From Candidatus Thorarchaeota archaeon (lineage in GTDB: Archaea > Asgardarchaeota > Thorarchaeia > Thorarchaeales > Thorarchaeaceae), in contig SHMX01000012.1 in assembly GCA_008080745.1 (NCBI GenBank), positions 13,543 to 45,542 of the forward strand: a stretch of DNA of 32,000 nt. The letters are read 5' to 3'. The translations under genes were made by a program, and so were the position numbers. The notes under the pieces are model-generated. The model made no database searches. It saw only the letters and a list, made by a program, of their open reading frames with translations, and was not told the origin of the DNA. Positions 23,390-32,000 of the stretch are shown piece by piece; positions within the stretch are counted from its first letter, which is position 1, and every line of letters starts with the position of its first letter.

Positions 23390-24889
23390 TCATATACTCT
23401 GAAAGGGACGTCCATCCGATGAACAGACAAGTTGGATGGCTTGCCGACCAGAATAGATTGCTGGGAGTACACCGCCCATTCCCATAGCCCACTGCCCAGC
23501 TAAGTAACAATTGGCAAGGCCTGGAATCTCTTTCTTAAGTCGCGTCATAAGTAATTCAGCTGATGGTAGCCAGCCCATATAGGCACCACGATAATTACGA
23601 GTATAACGCCACATCGTATACGGTGTAGACACGTCAATCACTTCTATTGCATCATTGAACTCCTCATAGTAATTTGAGAGAAAATCCGAGACCTCAGAAG
23701 CAATGCGGTTCTTTTCGACCTGATACAAATCCAAGTTATTCTCACGAAGTTCATACCAATAATCCCAATCTGTTTCCAACTCAACTTGAACAACGGTCTT
23801 ACCGGAGGGAGCGAAAACATCCCCATAATTAAAAATTCTAGCCATAAGAAAGAAAACTTCCTCAGAACCTATTCTGATAGGATTATCCAGTTTCCATATG
23901 TTAAGCCATGGTTCTGTAGGAAATTTCAAGGCAACACCATAATTGATGATTAGGATTGGACGACAGAGATTCCATTTAGCAAAACGATATGCCCACGTGT
24001 CTGATACATAATTCGCATCTAAAAGGTTGAAGAAAATTGTATGCATATCCATTGCGGGTATGATGTAATCTGCTCTGTGTTGGATCCCGTCGTGTAGACG
24101 TACACCAACTGCTCTGCCGGATTCAATTAGAATCTCTTCCACTTCAGACCGGTAGGATATTTGCCCCCCTAGTTCTATCAGTCTATCGACCATTCGATTT
24201 GTAAGGCTAATTGAACCTTCGTTCAAAAGTGCAATTTGACCAGCTGCAACCTGTCCAAGAATCATTGAGATGAACCAAACTGGCACCTCTGGAAGAAACA
24301 TCATCCTTACAATTTCTTGCAAAACGGGATTCTTTATCCTTTGAGAATATTCACCAGCAGAGAGAGCATATTTTCCAAACATATACCGCATGAAACCACG
24401 CATCTGCCACAGCTCTGATACTTTGTCACGTAAGCCCATAAGTTCTGGAGGTTTATCAAAGCCAAAGTTAGTTGTATCAGTATTAGCCATTGTACGTGCT
24501 GGAGAGAGTATTTCGTAAATCGTTGATGCATCTTCGGGAAACATCGCGAGCAATCGCATCTCCAAATCGTCTAGATCATCAGTGATGTTCACAGATACGC
24601 TATGTGATAAATCAGTAAACCTGCAATATTGTTTCATAGGAACAGTTGGAAGATATTGCAATCCAAGTTCCAGATAGAGGTCATAAATGTCAAGGTCTGG
24701 ATCCGCAGGAGGGATAAAATGAATTCCGCCATCAAAAAGATACTCACCACGTTTCCAACAAGCTGCAACACCTCCTGGTTGGGAATGACGTTCAAATATT
24801 GTTACTTCGTAACCATTCAACCGAGCGTAGATGCCAGCTGCCAGTCCCGATATGCCAGCTCCAATCACAATAACAGAAGGCTCTCTCAA
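23390..24889 (-). CDS. Phytoene desaturase-like FAD-dependent oxidoreductase (COG1233 type)
   Basis: VIVIGAGISGLAAG...FERHSQPGG...FDGGIHF; DVSTPYTMWRYTRNYRGAYMGW; YLAGQWAMGMGGV. Start is probably TTG 24889 (24922 alternative). Substrate unknown. Confidence 0.85.
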   Translation of the reverse strand: MREPSVIVIGAGISGLAAGIYARLNGYEVTIFERHSQPGGVAACWKRGEYLFDGGIHFIPPADPDLDIYDLYLELGLQYLPTVPMKQYCRFTDLSHSVSVNITDDLDDLEMRLLAMFPEDASTIYEILSPARTMANTDTTNFGFDKPPELMGLRDKVSELWQMRGFMRYMFGKYALSAGEYSQRIKNPVLQEIVRMMFLPEVPVWFISMILGQVAAGQIALLNEGSISLTNRMVDRLIELGGQISYRSEVEEILIESGRAVGVRLHDGIQHRADYIIPAMDMHTIFFNLLDANYVSDTWAYRFAKWNLCRPILIINYGVALKFPTEPWLNIWKLDNPIRIGSEEVFFLMARIFNYGDVFAPSGKTVVQVELETDWDYWYELRENNLDLYQVEKNRIASEVSDFLSNYYEEFNDAIEVIDVSTPYTMWRYTRNYRGAYMGWLPSAELLMTRLKKEIPGLANCYLAGQWAMGMGGVLPAIYSGRQAIQLVCSSDGRPFQSI

Positions 24890-25194
24890 AGTAATCCCAG
24901 ACAATAATAGAGCGGGAAACAAAATGAGCGTATCGATTTTTAGGATGATTGAGCTTTGGCTCTAATATCTTGTAACACAGATACCTATTGAATTTTCACA
25001 AATAATCGAGTTATCACGATGAATTTGAATAGGTCGTCCTGCTTTTCTTGCTTGAGAAAGCGGTCCTTGTAAAAATGAAAATATGGGAGATTTTGGCATG
25101 GTTCCATCGTGAAAATTACTGAAGATTCTTACAAAGTCTTTAAGCATATGATTCAGTGAATATACCTATTAACAAGTAATCAACAAATTATGGC

Positions 25195-26181
25195 ATGTCG
25201 CAATTTCCAAAACCAAAGGTCTACGCAAGTAAATGCCTCGGATTTTGTGCGTGTTGGTGGAATGGAACAACAATATTTTCTGACTTTATTGAGATGATCA
25301 GACCGTTTGTAGATTTCGTCACTCATTGTCCAGAAGTTGAGATAGGCCTAGGTGCACCCCGTAAATTCATCCGAATAGTGATGGAAGAGGGAGAAAAGAA
25401 ATTCGTTCAACCTGCTACTGACAAAGACTTGACTGAAAAAATGATGAATTACATTCAGACTACGATTGAATCCCTGGGAGTTATCGATGGATTCGTGCTC
25501 AGAGAAAACTCACCATCATGTAGTATTCAGAGAGTGAAATATTATCACAGCAAAAATCGAGATTCATCGATTGAAGGTACCGGCCCCGGTCTTTTTGCTG
25601 AATCGATTCTAAACAAGTATCAGAATTATCCTATAGAGAGTGATGGCAGACTAAGAAGTAGAAAAATTAGAGAGGCGTTCTTGACACAAATATTCTTACT
25701 GGCATCTTTTAGACAAGTCAAGAAGTCAGGTGAAATCAAGAATCTAGTTGACTTCCATTCTGACAACAAGTATTTGCTAATGACATACGGCCAGGTACAT
25801 GTAACCAAATTAGGGAGAATTGTATCCAATCCAGAACATCTTCCAGTAGAACAGGTAATGAAACACTATTGGAAAGCGTTATTGCCAGCTATCAATACAG
25901 GACGAAAGAGGTCTTCTACAACGAATGTTTTTTCAAAGATCTTTGGGTATTTTTCAAATTCTTTGAGTGGTGAAGAGAAGAAGTATTTCCTACAAAGACT
26001 AGAGGAGTATAGAACGGGACGTGTTCCGGTTTCACTGGTCAGAGAATTATTGAGAGTATGGATGTTGCGATTCGAGGATGATTACATTAGACGACAAAGC
26101 ATCTTTGAGCCATACCCTCGAGACTTGGAGGAATTGTATGATTTCGATGAGTACAAGAAAGAACAGACTCGAGGGGATTAG
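25195..26181 (+). CDS. DUF523 + DUF1722 (YbgA-like; 2-thiouracil desulfurase-related) protein
   Basis: SKCLG, CPEVEIGLGAPR, ENSPSC, GPGLFA, E.DGRL, FHSDNKYLLM, FGYFS, WMLRFEDDYIRRQSIFEPYP. Confidence 0.88.
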   Translation: MSQFPKPKVYASKCLGFCACWWNGTTIFSDFIEMIRPFVDFVTHCPEVEIGLGAPRKFIRIVMEEGEKKFVQPATDKDLTEKMMNYIQTTIESLGVIDGFVLRENSPSCSIQRVKYYHSKNRDSSIEGTGPGLFAESILNKYQNYPIESDGRLRSRKIREAFLTQIFLLASFRQVKKSGEIKNLVDFHSDNKYLLMTYGQVHVTKLGRIVSNPEHLPVEQVMKHYWKALLPAINTGRKRSSTTNVFSKIFGYFSNSLSGEEKKYFLQRLEEYRTGRVPVSLVRELLRVWMLRFEDDYIRRQSIFEPYPRDLEELYDFDEYKKEQTRGD

Positions 26182-26271
26182 TGGAGGATAGATTTAGTCC
26201 AAATATAGCCGAGTAGACACTTAGGCATTCTAAAACACGCGAGATTGTATCACCGCTTACAACCGCCCGAC

Positions 26272-26317
26272 ACCATCCGCAACAAAATTTGGATGGTAAG
26301 GTCCTAGAACCTTACCA
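26272..26317. terminator. Overlapping inverted repeats between convergent genes (possible terminator or stability element)
   Basis: accatcc (26272-78)/ggatggt (26291-97) and tggtaaggt (26294-302)/accttacca (26309-17). The two stems share tggt. Confidence 0.4.
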
Positions 26318-26325
26318 GAATAAAT

Positions 26326-26748
26326 CTACAGTAATGATAGAAGTAGACCTAGAGATACAAATGTCCAGGTGTTCATAATGATTTTCTCCATCGGGTAGGG
26401 AGTTCCCGTCACAAATACTGCAACATCAAGAAGTAACGATATTACTAGAGCTAGTAGCCAATATGCTACTTTGGAGTCTAACCCAAGAATGGTCGCTTGT
26501 GCGGTCATTGTTTGAAAGATGAAACCTGCTATTGGACCAATAAGTAAAAGCCCAAACACGACCATGAAGATAGGAATACCAAATTTGAATAGCATGCTGG
26601 CTGTTTCAGAGTTCAAGAACTCATCATCGGGTTCATCTGCACGCATATCAGCAATCATTCCATCGGCTATAAGAGAAAATACTAAGGCAATTACCAGTCC
26701 CCATGCAAGCCCTGCAACCAGGGAGTTTGTATTGAATACAAGTACCAT
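26326..26748 (-). CDS. Hypothetical membrane protein (about 4 TM helices)
   Basis: 140 aa with four hydrophobic segments and an acidic loop (RADEPDDEF); GAGGT site upstream. Confidence 0.75.
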   Translation of the reverse strand: MVLVFNTNSLVAGLAWGLVIALVFSLIADGMIADMRADEPDDEFLNSETASMLFKFGIPIFMVVFGLLLIGPIAGFIFQTMTAQATILGLDSKVAYWLLALVISLLLDVAVFVTGTPYPMEKIIMNTWTFVSLGLLLSLL

Positions 26749-26828
26749 TTCTATTTACCTCAAGTTATTAGTTTCATTACAATCAAGAGTAGATAATACA
26801 AGAAAGATTAGCAACTGAAAGATTGAAG

Positions 26829-26862
26829 TTCCGAAAAGTCACTTATAAGCAGTCTTTCGGAA
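26829..26862. promoter_or_regulatory. Symmetric divergent promoter/operator: palindromic TATA flanked by inverted TTCCGAAA arms
   Basis: ttccgaaa (26829-36), cttataag (26842-49) and tttcggaa (26855-62) share one symmetry centre at 26845.5. The element lies between a divergent membrane gene and an Lrp-like gene. Confidence 0.7.
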
Positions 26863-26889
26863 TTACAAGATGTTTCAGGTGTTGAAGAA

Positions 26890-27819
26890 ATGGACCAACT
26901 CGATAAAGCAATCTTGATGGAGCTCGGTATGGATTGTAGAGCCTCGTATTCAATGATTGCTAGGAAATACGGAGTTTCCGTCACAACAATTAAGAAGCGG
27001 GTTACATCGTTGATTGAGAGTAGAATCATTCAAGGGTTCAGTGTTCAGCCAAATCAACAGCTATTCGGTGCAAGCAGTGCAATTGCTCTTCTAAAACTCT
27101 CTGAAATCCCAGATGAAATTCTGGAATATGTAGGTGCTAACAAGTTTGTATCCGCAGCAGGATTAGGTCTGAATCACGAGGGATTTGTAGTCATCCTATA
27201 TAGAAATAATGCAGAATTAGCACAAGTAACGGAAATGTTCTATTCAATCTCCCAAATCGATGATTTTGAAATATATCAGGTTTTACTGCCATTACAAGAA
27301 AGACAGCATGTTCCTACAAAAAGTATCACAGATATGAAGCGAATCGATTGGAAGATAATTCATCTGCTACAGGATGACGGGAGGAAACCACTTAGCGAGC
27401 TATCTTCTCAAATGGCAGCATCTGTACCAACTATCAGAAAGAGGTTGAATTTTCTAAAGAAACACCATCTTATCGATGTCACCATACTTCTAAACCCAGG
27501 AGCTATCCAAAAGGGATTCATGGTGATCATAACCATTGAACTTCCAAGTATTACCTCAGAGGAGCATTTCATTATGGAAGAGAAAATAAGAGAGAGAATG
27601 AAGGATAATTTCTGGGTCAGTTGGAAGGTAGTGGATAGGCCAATTTTACTTCTAGCCTTTCAAGCAACCAATCCTATTGAAGTGAATCATATACGCGAGG
27701 GCCTTCTGAACCTGTTCCCTCACGCCACCTTGCTCAGTGAAACAATTGGGGGTGAGATTCAGTATTTTCCTGATTTTAGAATGAACGTTGTCGAGTCAGA
27801 AGCAGCTCGAAAACGATAG
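26890..27819 (+). CDS. Tandem (double) Lrp/AsnC-family transcriptional regulator
   Basis: MDQLDKAILMELGMDCRASYSMIARKYGVSVTTIKKRVTSL and IDWKIIHLLQDDGRKPLSELSSQMAASVPTIRKRLNFL, each followed by a RAM-like region. Confidence 0.9.
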   Translation: MDQLDKAILMELGMDCRASYSMIARKYGVSVTTIKKRVTSLIESRIIQGFSVQPNQQLFGASSAIALLKLSEIPDEILEYVGANKFVSAAGLGLNHEGFVVILYRNNAELAQVTEMFYSISQIDDFEIYQVLLPLQERQHVPTKSITDMKRIDWKIIHLLQDDGRKPLSELSSQMAASVPTIRKRLNFLKKHHLIDVTILLNPGAIQKGFMVIITIELPSITSEEHFIMEEKIRERMKDNFWVSWKVVDRPILLLAFQATNPIEVNHIREGLLNLFPHATLLSETIGGEIQYFPDFRMNVVESEAARKR

Positions 27820-27826
27820 TGCAATA

Positions 27827-28468
27827 TTATATTGGTAGAATCTCTCCATCTTCGGGAATAACACAGCGCTGAGCAGGAAATCTCTTGTGAAAGTTCTTAC
27901 AAAAACTTCCGGGACGACGAACAAGCCAGTGCATAGGAACAATTACTGAGGGAAAGGGATCAAACTTCTCAAGAGTGTCATAGACTTTTGTGGGGGATGC
28001 AGCAAACACACCACTAATAGGTACTGCCAGAACATCTAAAGCTCGTCCTGCAAATGCTCCAAATTCTTTTGCGTCCCCACAATGACCAAATTTGAATGTA
28101 TCAAATTGTATCTCCACACCATAATTCTCGACTCCACTAAAGAGTCCATGACGCATTTTTGTAAATATGAAATGCAAATCGCCTTCGGTTAGATGTTCTC
28201 CGTCTTCAACTGTTCGAATTTGGTCCTGCCATTGTTCATATCTATCTGCCACTTGTTCGTTACATATGAATAGAGCATCAGGATTACGTTTTAGAAAAAC
28301 GTCAACTCCACCCGTATGATCAGAATGATAATGAGTACAATACAAGATGTCACCATCATGTTTTCCTGCTGTTTTGTCTCTAGGATCGATTAGGACGGCA
28401 TAATTTGGTGTCTTCAGAAGAAAACCGGATTGTCCTAGAAATCTAATCTCTAAATCTTCGTTCATCAA
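27827..28468 (-). CDS. Metallo-beta-lactamase-fold hydrolase (UPF0173-like)
   Basis: IRFLGQSGF, VLIDP, CTHYHSDH, HCGD and VIVPMHW. Confidence 0.85.
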   Translation of the reverse strand: MMNEDLEIRFLGQSGFLLKTPNYAVLIDPRDKTAGKHDGDILYCTHYHSDHTGGVDVFLKRNPDALFICNEQVADRYEQWQDQIRTVEDGEHLTEGDLHFIFTKMRHGLFSGVENYGVEIQFDTFKFGHCGDAKEFGAFAGRALDVLAVPISGVFAASPTKVYDTLEKFDPFPSVIVPMHWLVRRPGSFCKNFHKRFPAQRCVIPEDGEILPI

Positions 28469-28642
28469 ACCACCTAACCTATGCTAAGTAATGTATCCCT
28501 ATTAACAAGGGGGTTGGGATGTATACTAAAGACAGTATTTTCCCGAAGTAAAGTCCTAACACCATTTATCTGTGTGTTTCCATATTATGATTGGTACAAA
28601 TGGCAATACTATGCTCCGAAAAAACCTCTACGATGTGTGTTA

Positions 28643-29722
28643 ATGAAAACCGATGAGAAGCAGATAGAGATAGAAGCAAGTAAAGTATCCAAAGCTATTG
28701 AGTTCTCCCCAGCAACAATTGTAGTTACAGATATAGAAGGAAAAATAGAATATGTAAATCCAAGTTTTGCTCGTATAACTGGATATTCGCCAGAAGAGGT
28801 GATTGGCAGGAACCCAAGCATACTTCAATCGGGTCGCACACCAGAATCGGTCTACATCGAAATGTGGAATACAATCCTTGCAGGCAGAGTATGGAGGGGA
28901 ATGTTCATCAATAAAAAAGCAAATGGTGAATTCTACTGGGAGGACGCATGGATAGCACCGATTAAAGATGAGAGTGGTGAGATAACGCACTTTGTGGCCA
29001 TCAAGGAGGACATCACCAAACAAATACAAGCTGAAAATGAGCTTACAGAGGCATACAAAGATCTACAGATTTACTCCAGTCTGCTTCATCATGATATCAG
29101 TAATGACTTGCAGATTGTATTAGCCCAGATAGAAGTACTTGAACTGCTTACGGAGGACTTTCAAGAGCTGAAGGAGAGTATAGAAACAATCAAAGGAGCT
29201 TCTTCTCGAATGTCACATCTTCTCCAAATGTTGGGCAGCTACAAGAAAAAACATGAAGATAATATTGAGGTTGTGATCAGGAAACAGGTATTATTAGCCA
29301 AGGCAACTCATAGGGGAATTGAGGTGACGATCAACGCCACACCGAACATTGAGAATGTTCGAGTGGATGGTTTAGCTCTCTTCCCAGCTGTAATTGATAA
29401 TTTATTGAGGAATTCATTCCAGCATGCAGGAAGTAATTTGAAAATAACAATCTCTCTTTCCATTAGTGAAGACACTCTCGTCATAAAGTATCAAGATAAT
29501 GGTCCGGGTATATCATCAGAAGTCAGAGATAACTTATTCGAGAGAGGGATATCAACAAGAAATGGAGGACTGGGTCTTTATTTATCTAGAAAGATAATTG
29601 AAGGTTATGATGGAACAATAAAACTGTGTGAATGTGGAAACATTCACACTGGAGCATGTTTTGTAATCAGACTTCCAGCCACATACATTAAGAAACAACA
29701 CTCTGAAAAGGAAATTCAATGA
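28643..29722 (+). CDS. Soluble PAS-domain sensor histidine kinase
   Basis: PAS/PAC IVVTDIEGKIEYVNPSF...GYSPEEVIGRNP...W.G.FINKKANGEFYW; H-box HHDISNDL; N-box NLLRNSFQH; DNGPGI; LFERG; GGLGL. Start placed at ATG 28643. Confidence 0.92.
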   Translation: MKTDEKQIEIEASKVSKAIEFSPATIVVTDIEGKIEYVNPSFARITGYSPEEVIGRNPSILQSGRTPESVYIEMWNTILAGRVWRGMFINKKANGEFYWEDAWIAPIKDESGEITHFVAIKEDITKQIQAENELTEAYKDLQIYSSLLHHDISNDLQIVLAQIEVLELLTEDFQELKESIETIKGASSRMSHLLQMLGSYKKKHEDNIEVVIRKQVLLAKATHRGIEVTINATPNIENVRVDGLALFPAVIDNLLRNSFQHAGSNLKITISLSISEDTLVIKYQDNGPGISSEVRDNLFERGISTRNGGLGLYLSRKIIEGYDGTIKLCECGNIHTGACFVIRLPATYIKKQHSEKEIQ

Positions 29723-30309
29723 TGAACGCAGATGAGAGCTGGGACTACTCTCAGATTCCCAAAAGAGAATGGAAGTGGCACTTTGAGCCTCATCACTGGA
29801 TGGAGCTTGAAGTCAATCCAAAAGGATTACGATATATTGGAACTGACTGGACAGTATTAAGCGGTGGGGCATACTTCGGGGGATTTCAGACTTTTGATAG
29901 CTTCCTAAAAGATGGAGGTATCCAAGAGATGCCTGATGACGTTTTCTTGGAAGTTAAAGAGTGCATTATAACACATAGAAGAAAAGGAGGAGCAACTCTC
30001 GAGTTATCCTTTATCTCAGAAATTGAGAATTTCCGATTGTGGAGGATTTTTGTCCGTCTGGACGAGAAACCAATCCGTATGGAAGAGATTTCTGAGTACA
30101 AAAATGAACAGGAGATGTCTCTTTACAAAGGTAGCATTCTTTCTGGAGACCATAAAATTAGTTTTGTGATTCTGCTTAAATCTGGAGATGACCAAATGAA
30201 ACTCTCAGGTGGATTCGAGTTCCCTATTGAATTTGGAAATTATATCATCAAGTTGGTTGCATTTAGAGATGAAATAGGAGAGATAAGAGTGGTGCTTGAA
30301 GACGACTGA
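29719..30309 (+). CDS. Hypothetical protein translationally coupled to the kinase
   Basis: ATGA overlap with the kinase stop. 196 aa: Trp/aromatic-rich N-terminal half, beta-strand-rich C-terminal half. No family recognised. Confidence 0.75.
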   Translation: MMNADESWDYSQIPKREWKWHFEPHHWMELEVNPKGLRYIGTDWTVLSGGAYFGGFQTFDSFLKDGGIQEMPDDVFLEVKECIITHRRKGGATLELSFISEIENFRLWRIFVRLDEKPIRMEEISEYKNEQEMSLYKGSILSGDHKISFVILLKSGDDQMKLSGGFEFPIEFGNYIIKLVAFRDEIGEIRVVLEDD

Positions 30310-30311
30310 GA

Positions 30312-30731
30312 TCACTCATTCCTTAGGACGATACATGAGGAATCTGCTTTCGCGATAAGTTCACCTTCATCATTTCGTAAATCACATTCAATATAGCCAA
30401 GTCGTTTTCCTCGTTTTATCACAGTTGCTGATGCAATAATTTTTCCTGTAACCACCGGCTTGAGGAACTTGATGTGAAGGTCCACGGTAGTATAGCTTTC
30501 ATCAGCATCAAGAGTTGTAAAGAATGCGCTTCCCATCGCTGCATCAGCAAGATCGCACATGACCCCTCCGTGCAGTGTATGCATTGGATTCCAATGCTCC
30601 TTGGTTGCCTCCATCTCCATAATAACACAACCTTTACTGACATCCTTCAGTTGCATTCCCAGTAGTTTTGCAATAGGTGGTGCAGGTATCTTTCCAGACT
30701 GCATAGCCAATAGTACCTCTTCATTATTCAA
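30312..30731 (-). CDS. PaaI-family (hotdog-fold) thioesterase
   Basis: LLGM...NPMHTLHGGVMCDLADAAMG...TVDLHIKFLKPV...G. TTG start at 30731 after GGAGG. Confidence 0.92.
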   Translation of the reverse strand: MNNEEVLLAMQSGKIPAPPIAKLLGMQLKDVSKGCVIMEMEATKEHWNPMHTLHGGVMCDLADAAMGSAFFTTLDADESYTTVDLHIKFLKPVVTGKIIASATVIKRGKRLGYIECDLRNDEGELIAKADSSCIVLRNE

Positions 30732-30891
30732 TAATAGTCCTCCATAGAATAACAATCCATAGCATATTAGTTACGATACTACCATGATAAGTACTCCGTA
30801 ACGAATACGATATAAAAAAAACAATCAGCAGGTATACAAATTTGGCATATATCTATCAACTAGTTCCAAAGATGAAAAATCAGTTTCTGGT

Positions 30892-31103
30892 TCACACCAG
30901 CCAGCACTTTGAGTCTTTTTCTAAGAAATCACCTTCGTAATACCACGCATTTCCTCTGCATCCCCCGTTCTCTGGCAAGTTAGCAACAGGCACAATGAGG
31001 ATTATTACAGTAGAGTCCAAGACACAACAGAGGTCATAGTCTAAGATTTATCCCGACGTTATGAATCATGATTCTTTTGTATCCACATTTTCTGAAAGGT
31101 CTT
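30892..31103 (-). pseudogene. Probable decayed 3' remnant of a radical SAM/SPASM-domain gene
   Basis: The minus strand gives ...GGCRGNAWYYEGDFLEKDSKCWLV*. An adjacent frame gives CACC*LARE, and a third gives KTFQKMW further upstream. Together these fit CxxCx5CGGCR...GD...D..C broken by stops and frameshifts. Confidence 0.5.
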
Positions 31104-31141
31104 GCGTTTATTTGAGCAAAAAAGGACGAAAAAGAGTCAAA

Positions 31142-31810
31142 TCAGATATTGAATCTGCCTTCATTAATGATGTACTCTGCAATCAAGAGAATATTAAGAG
31201 CATCTCCCTCAATGTAGTATCTAAATGTGTCTAAATCTTCCATCCATAGATGATAGATGTCTTGAGCTTTATCATCAAATCTCTCAGAAATGAGATTCTT
31301 CTGTCGGACAAGAGGAAGATCAGAGAGTTCAGAGGCTTGGAGCACACCTCTCAGACTGCGTTCTTTGAACATCTTCCGCAAAACAAAGATAAAATCAATC
31401 GGTACACTCTGCTGAATCAGGTCTACCAGCTTCCACGGCTTGATTGTCTTCTTGTATCGCTCCAATTTCATGGACAGTAGAGGAAGGTCGTAGGAACGGT
31501 GATTATAGCCCAAGACACCAAGAGGGCGTACTACATCCAGTGCCTCACCGACTTTCTGAAGCATCTGCATCTCTGCTTCATCAGTGTCCTCTTCAAGTAC
31601 GAAGGTCGCAACACTAACGCCCTCACTCTGGGTCAGATAGCCCTCATCACGACAGGCTAAGGATAGACCCAGAATGCGTTCGCCAATTAAGAACTGACCA
31701 TCTCGTGTATCGGTCTCGATGTCGAGGGATACGACTCGTGTCCAGTACTCTGAGAGTACCTTCAATATCTTTAGTGTGAATGTCTCTTGATACATCTCTC
31801 TCATCCTCAT
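31142..31810 (-). CDS. DEDDy/RNase H-like 3'-5' exonuclease domain protein (standalone)
   Basis: ExoI SLDIETD, ExoII LGYNHRSYDLP, ExoIII YYIEGDA. A T-rich tract follows the stop. Confidence 0.85.
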   Translation of the reverse strand: MRMREMYQETFTLKILKVLSEYWTRVVSLDIETDTRDGQFLIGERILGLSLACRDEGYLTQSEGVSVATFVLEEDTDEAEMQMLQKVGEALDVVRPLGVLGYNHRSYDLPLLSMKLERYKKTIKPWKLVDLIQQSVPIDFIFVLRKMFKERSLRGVLQASELSDLPLVRQKNLISERFDDKAQDIYHLWMEDLDTFRYYIEGDALNILLIAEYIINEGRFNI

Positions 31811-32000
31811 GCAACTAGGGAGGCTATGATGTGGCCTTGATAAACTTCGACATGGATTGTTTCTCGCTCTTCATAAGATGGCACTGTAGAATAGTGATAC
31901 CAAGGCCTCAAGTACCACCCATCCAGATGAAGAATTGTTCTGGTTGTGGATTCATGAAAGTTTAGCACACCAATGGTATTAGCTGGAAGGTCGATATCGA
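31807..32000 (-). CDS. 3' end of an unidentified gene (runs off the window end)
   Basis: Open frame ...DIDLPANTIGVLNFHESTTRTILHLDGWYLRPWYHYSTVPSYEERETIHVEVYQGHIIASLVA*, whose TGA overlaps the exonuclease ATG (ATGA). Confidence 0.75.
   Translation of the reverse strand, partial: DIDLPANTIGVLNFHESTTRTILHLDGWYLRPWYHYSTVPSYEERETIHVEVYQGHIIASLVA

Noticed and set aside
24923-25194. ORF 24962-25147 and other short frames in the divergent spacer
   Set aside because: No ribosome-binding site or motif support; most likely promoter DNA for the two divergent genes.
20730-26181. Selenocysteine or pyrrolysine readthrough in the redox genes
   Set aside because: No in-frame TGA or TAG interrupts a recognisable domain, and sequence after the stops does not continue the family pattern.
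28481-28642. 54-aa N-terminal extension on the histidine kinase
   Set aside because: It begins 12 bp from the divergent MBL gene start, leaving no promoter space, and has no transmembrane or domain character.
1-32000. CRISPR array, rRNA, IS element or provirus
   Set aside because: I found no regularly spaced repeats, rRNA signatures, transposase, integrase or capsid-like ORFs by eye.

Overview
This is an archaeal chromosomal window, most likely from an Asgard archaeon of the Thorarchaeia type. The main evidence is a two-domain gelsolin, the archaeal r-protein gene order and an intron-containing tRNA. Bases 1-8171 hold the minus-strand ribosomal cluster uL22-uS3-uL29-Rpp29-uS17-uL14-uL24-eS4-uL5-uS14-uS8-uL6-eL32-eL19-uL18-uS5(partial). 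It is preceded by a probable long structured leader and by tRNA-Ser(GGA) with a 30-nt 37/38 intron. Bases 8.7-17.2 kb hold housekeeping and metabolic genes: asparaginase, GGR-family reductase, RNase Z, tandem Lrp-like and TrmB-like regulators, ITPase, an F420/LLM oxidoreductase and an M20 hydrolase. A 2-domain gelsolin follows. The most interesting locus is 18.0-20.7 kb. There an orphan beta-class DNA methyltransferase is tightly coupled to a 477-aa protein with MCM-like architecture (OB fold, degenerate AAA+, C-terminal winged helix) that lacks the ATPase motifs, i.e. a candidate MCM-BP-like pseudo-helicase. An unannotated 47-aa four-Cys protein lies just upstream. Other highlights are an NYN-LOTUS-LOTUS (MARF1-like) ribonuclease, an eL32 with duplicated (HhH)2 domains, a symmetric divergent promoter and a decayed radical SAM/SPASM remnant. 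No CRISPR array, rRNA, integrase or transposase was seen. All family calls come from motif reading and recalled family knowledge; no database search was run.
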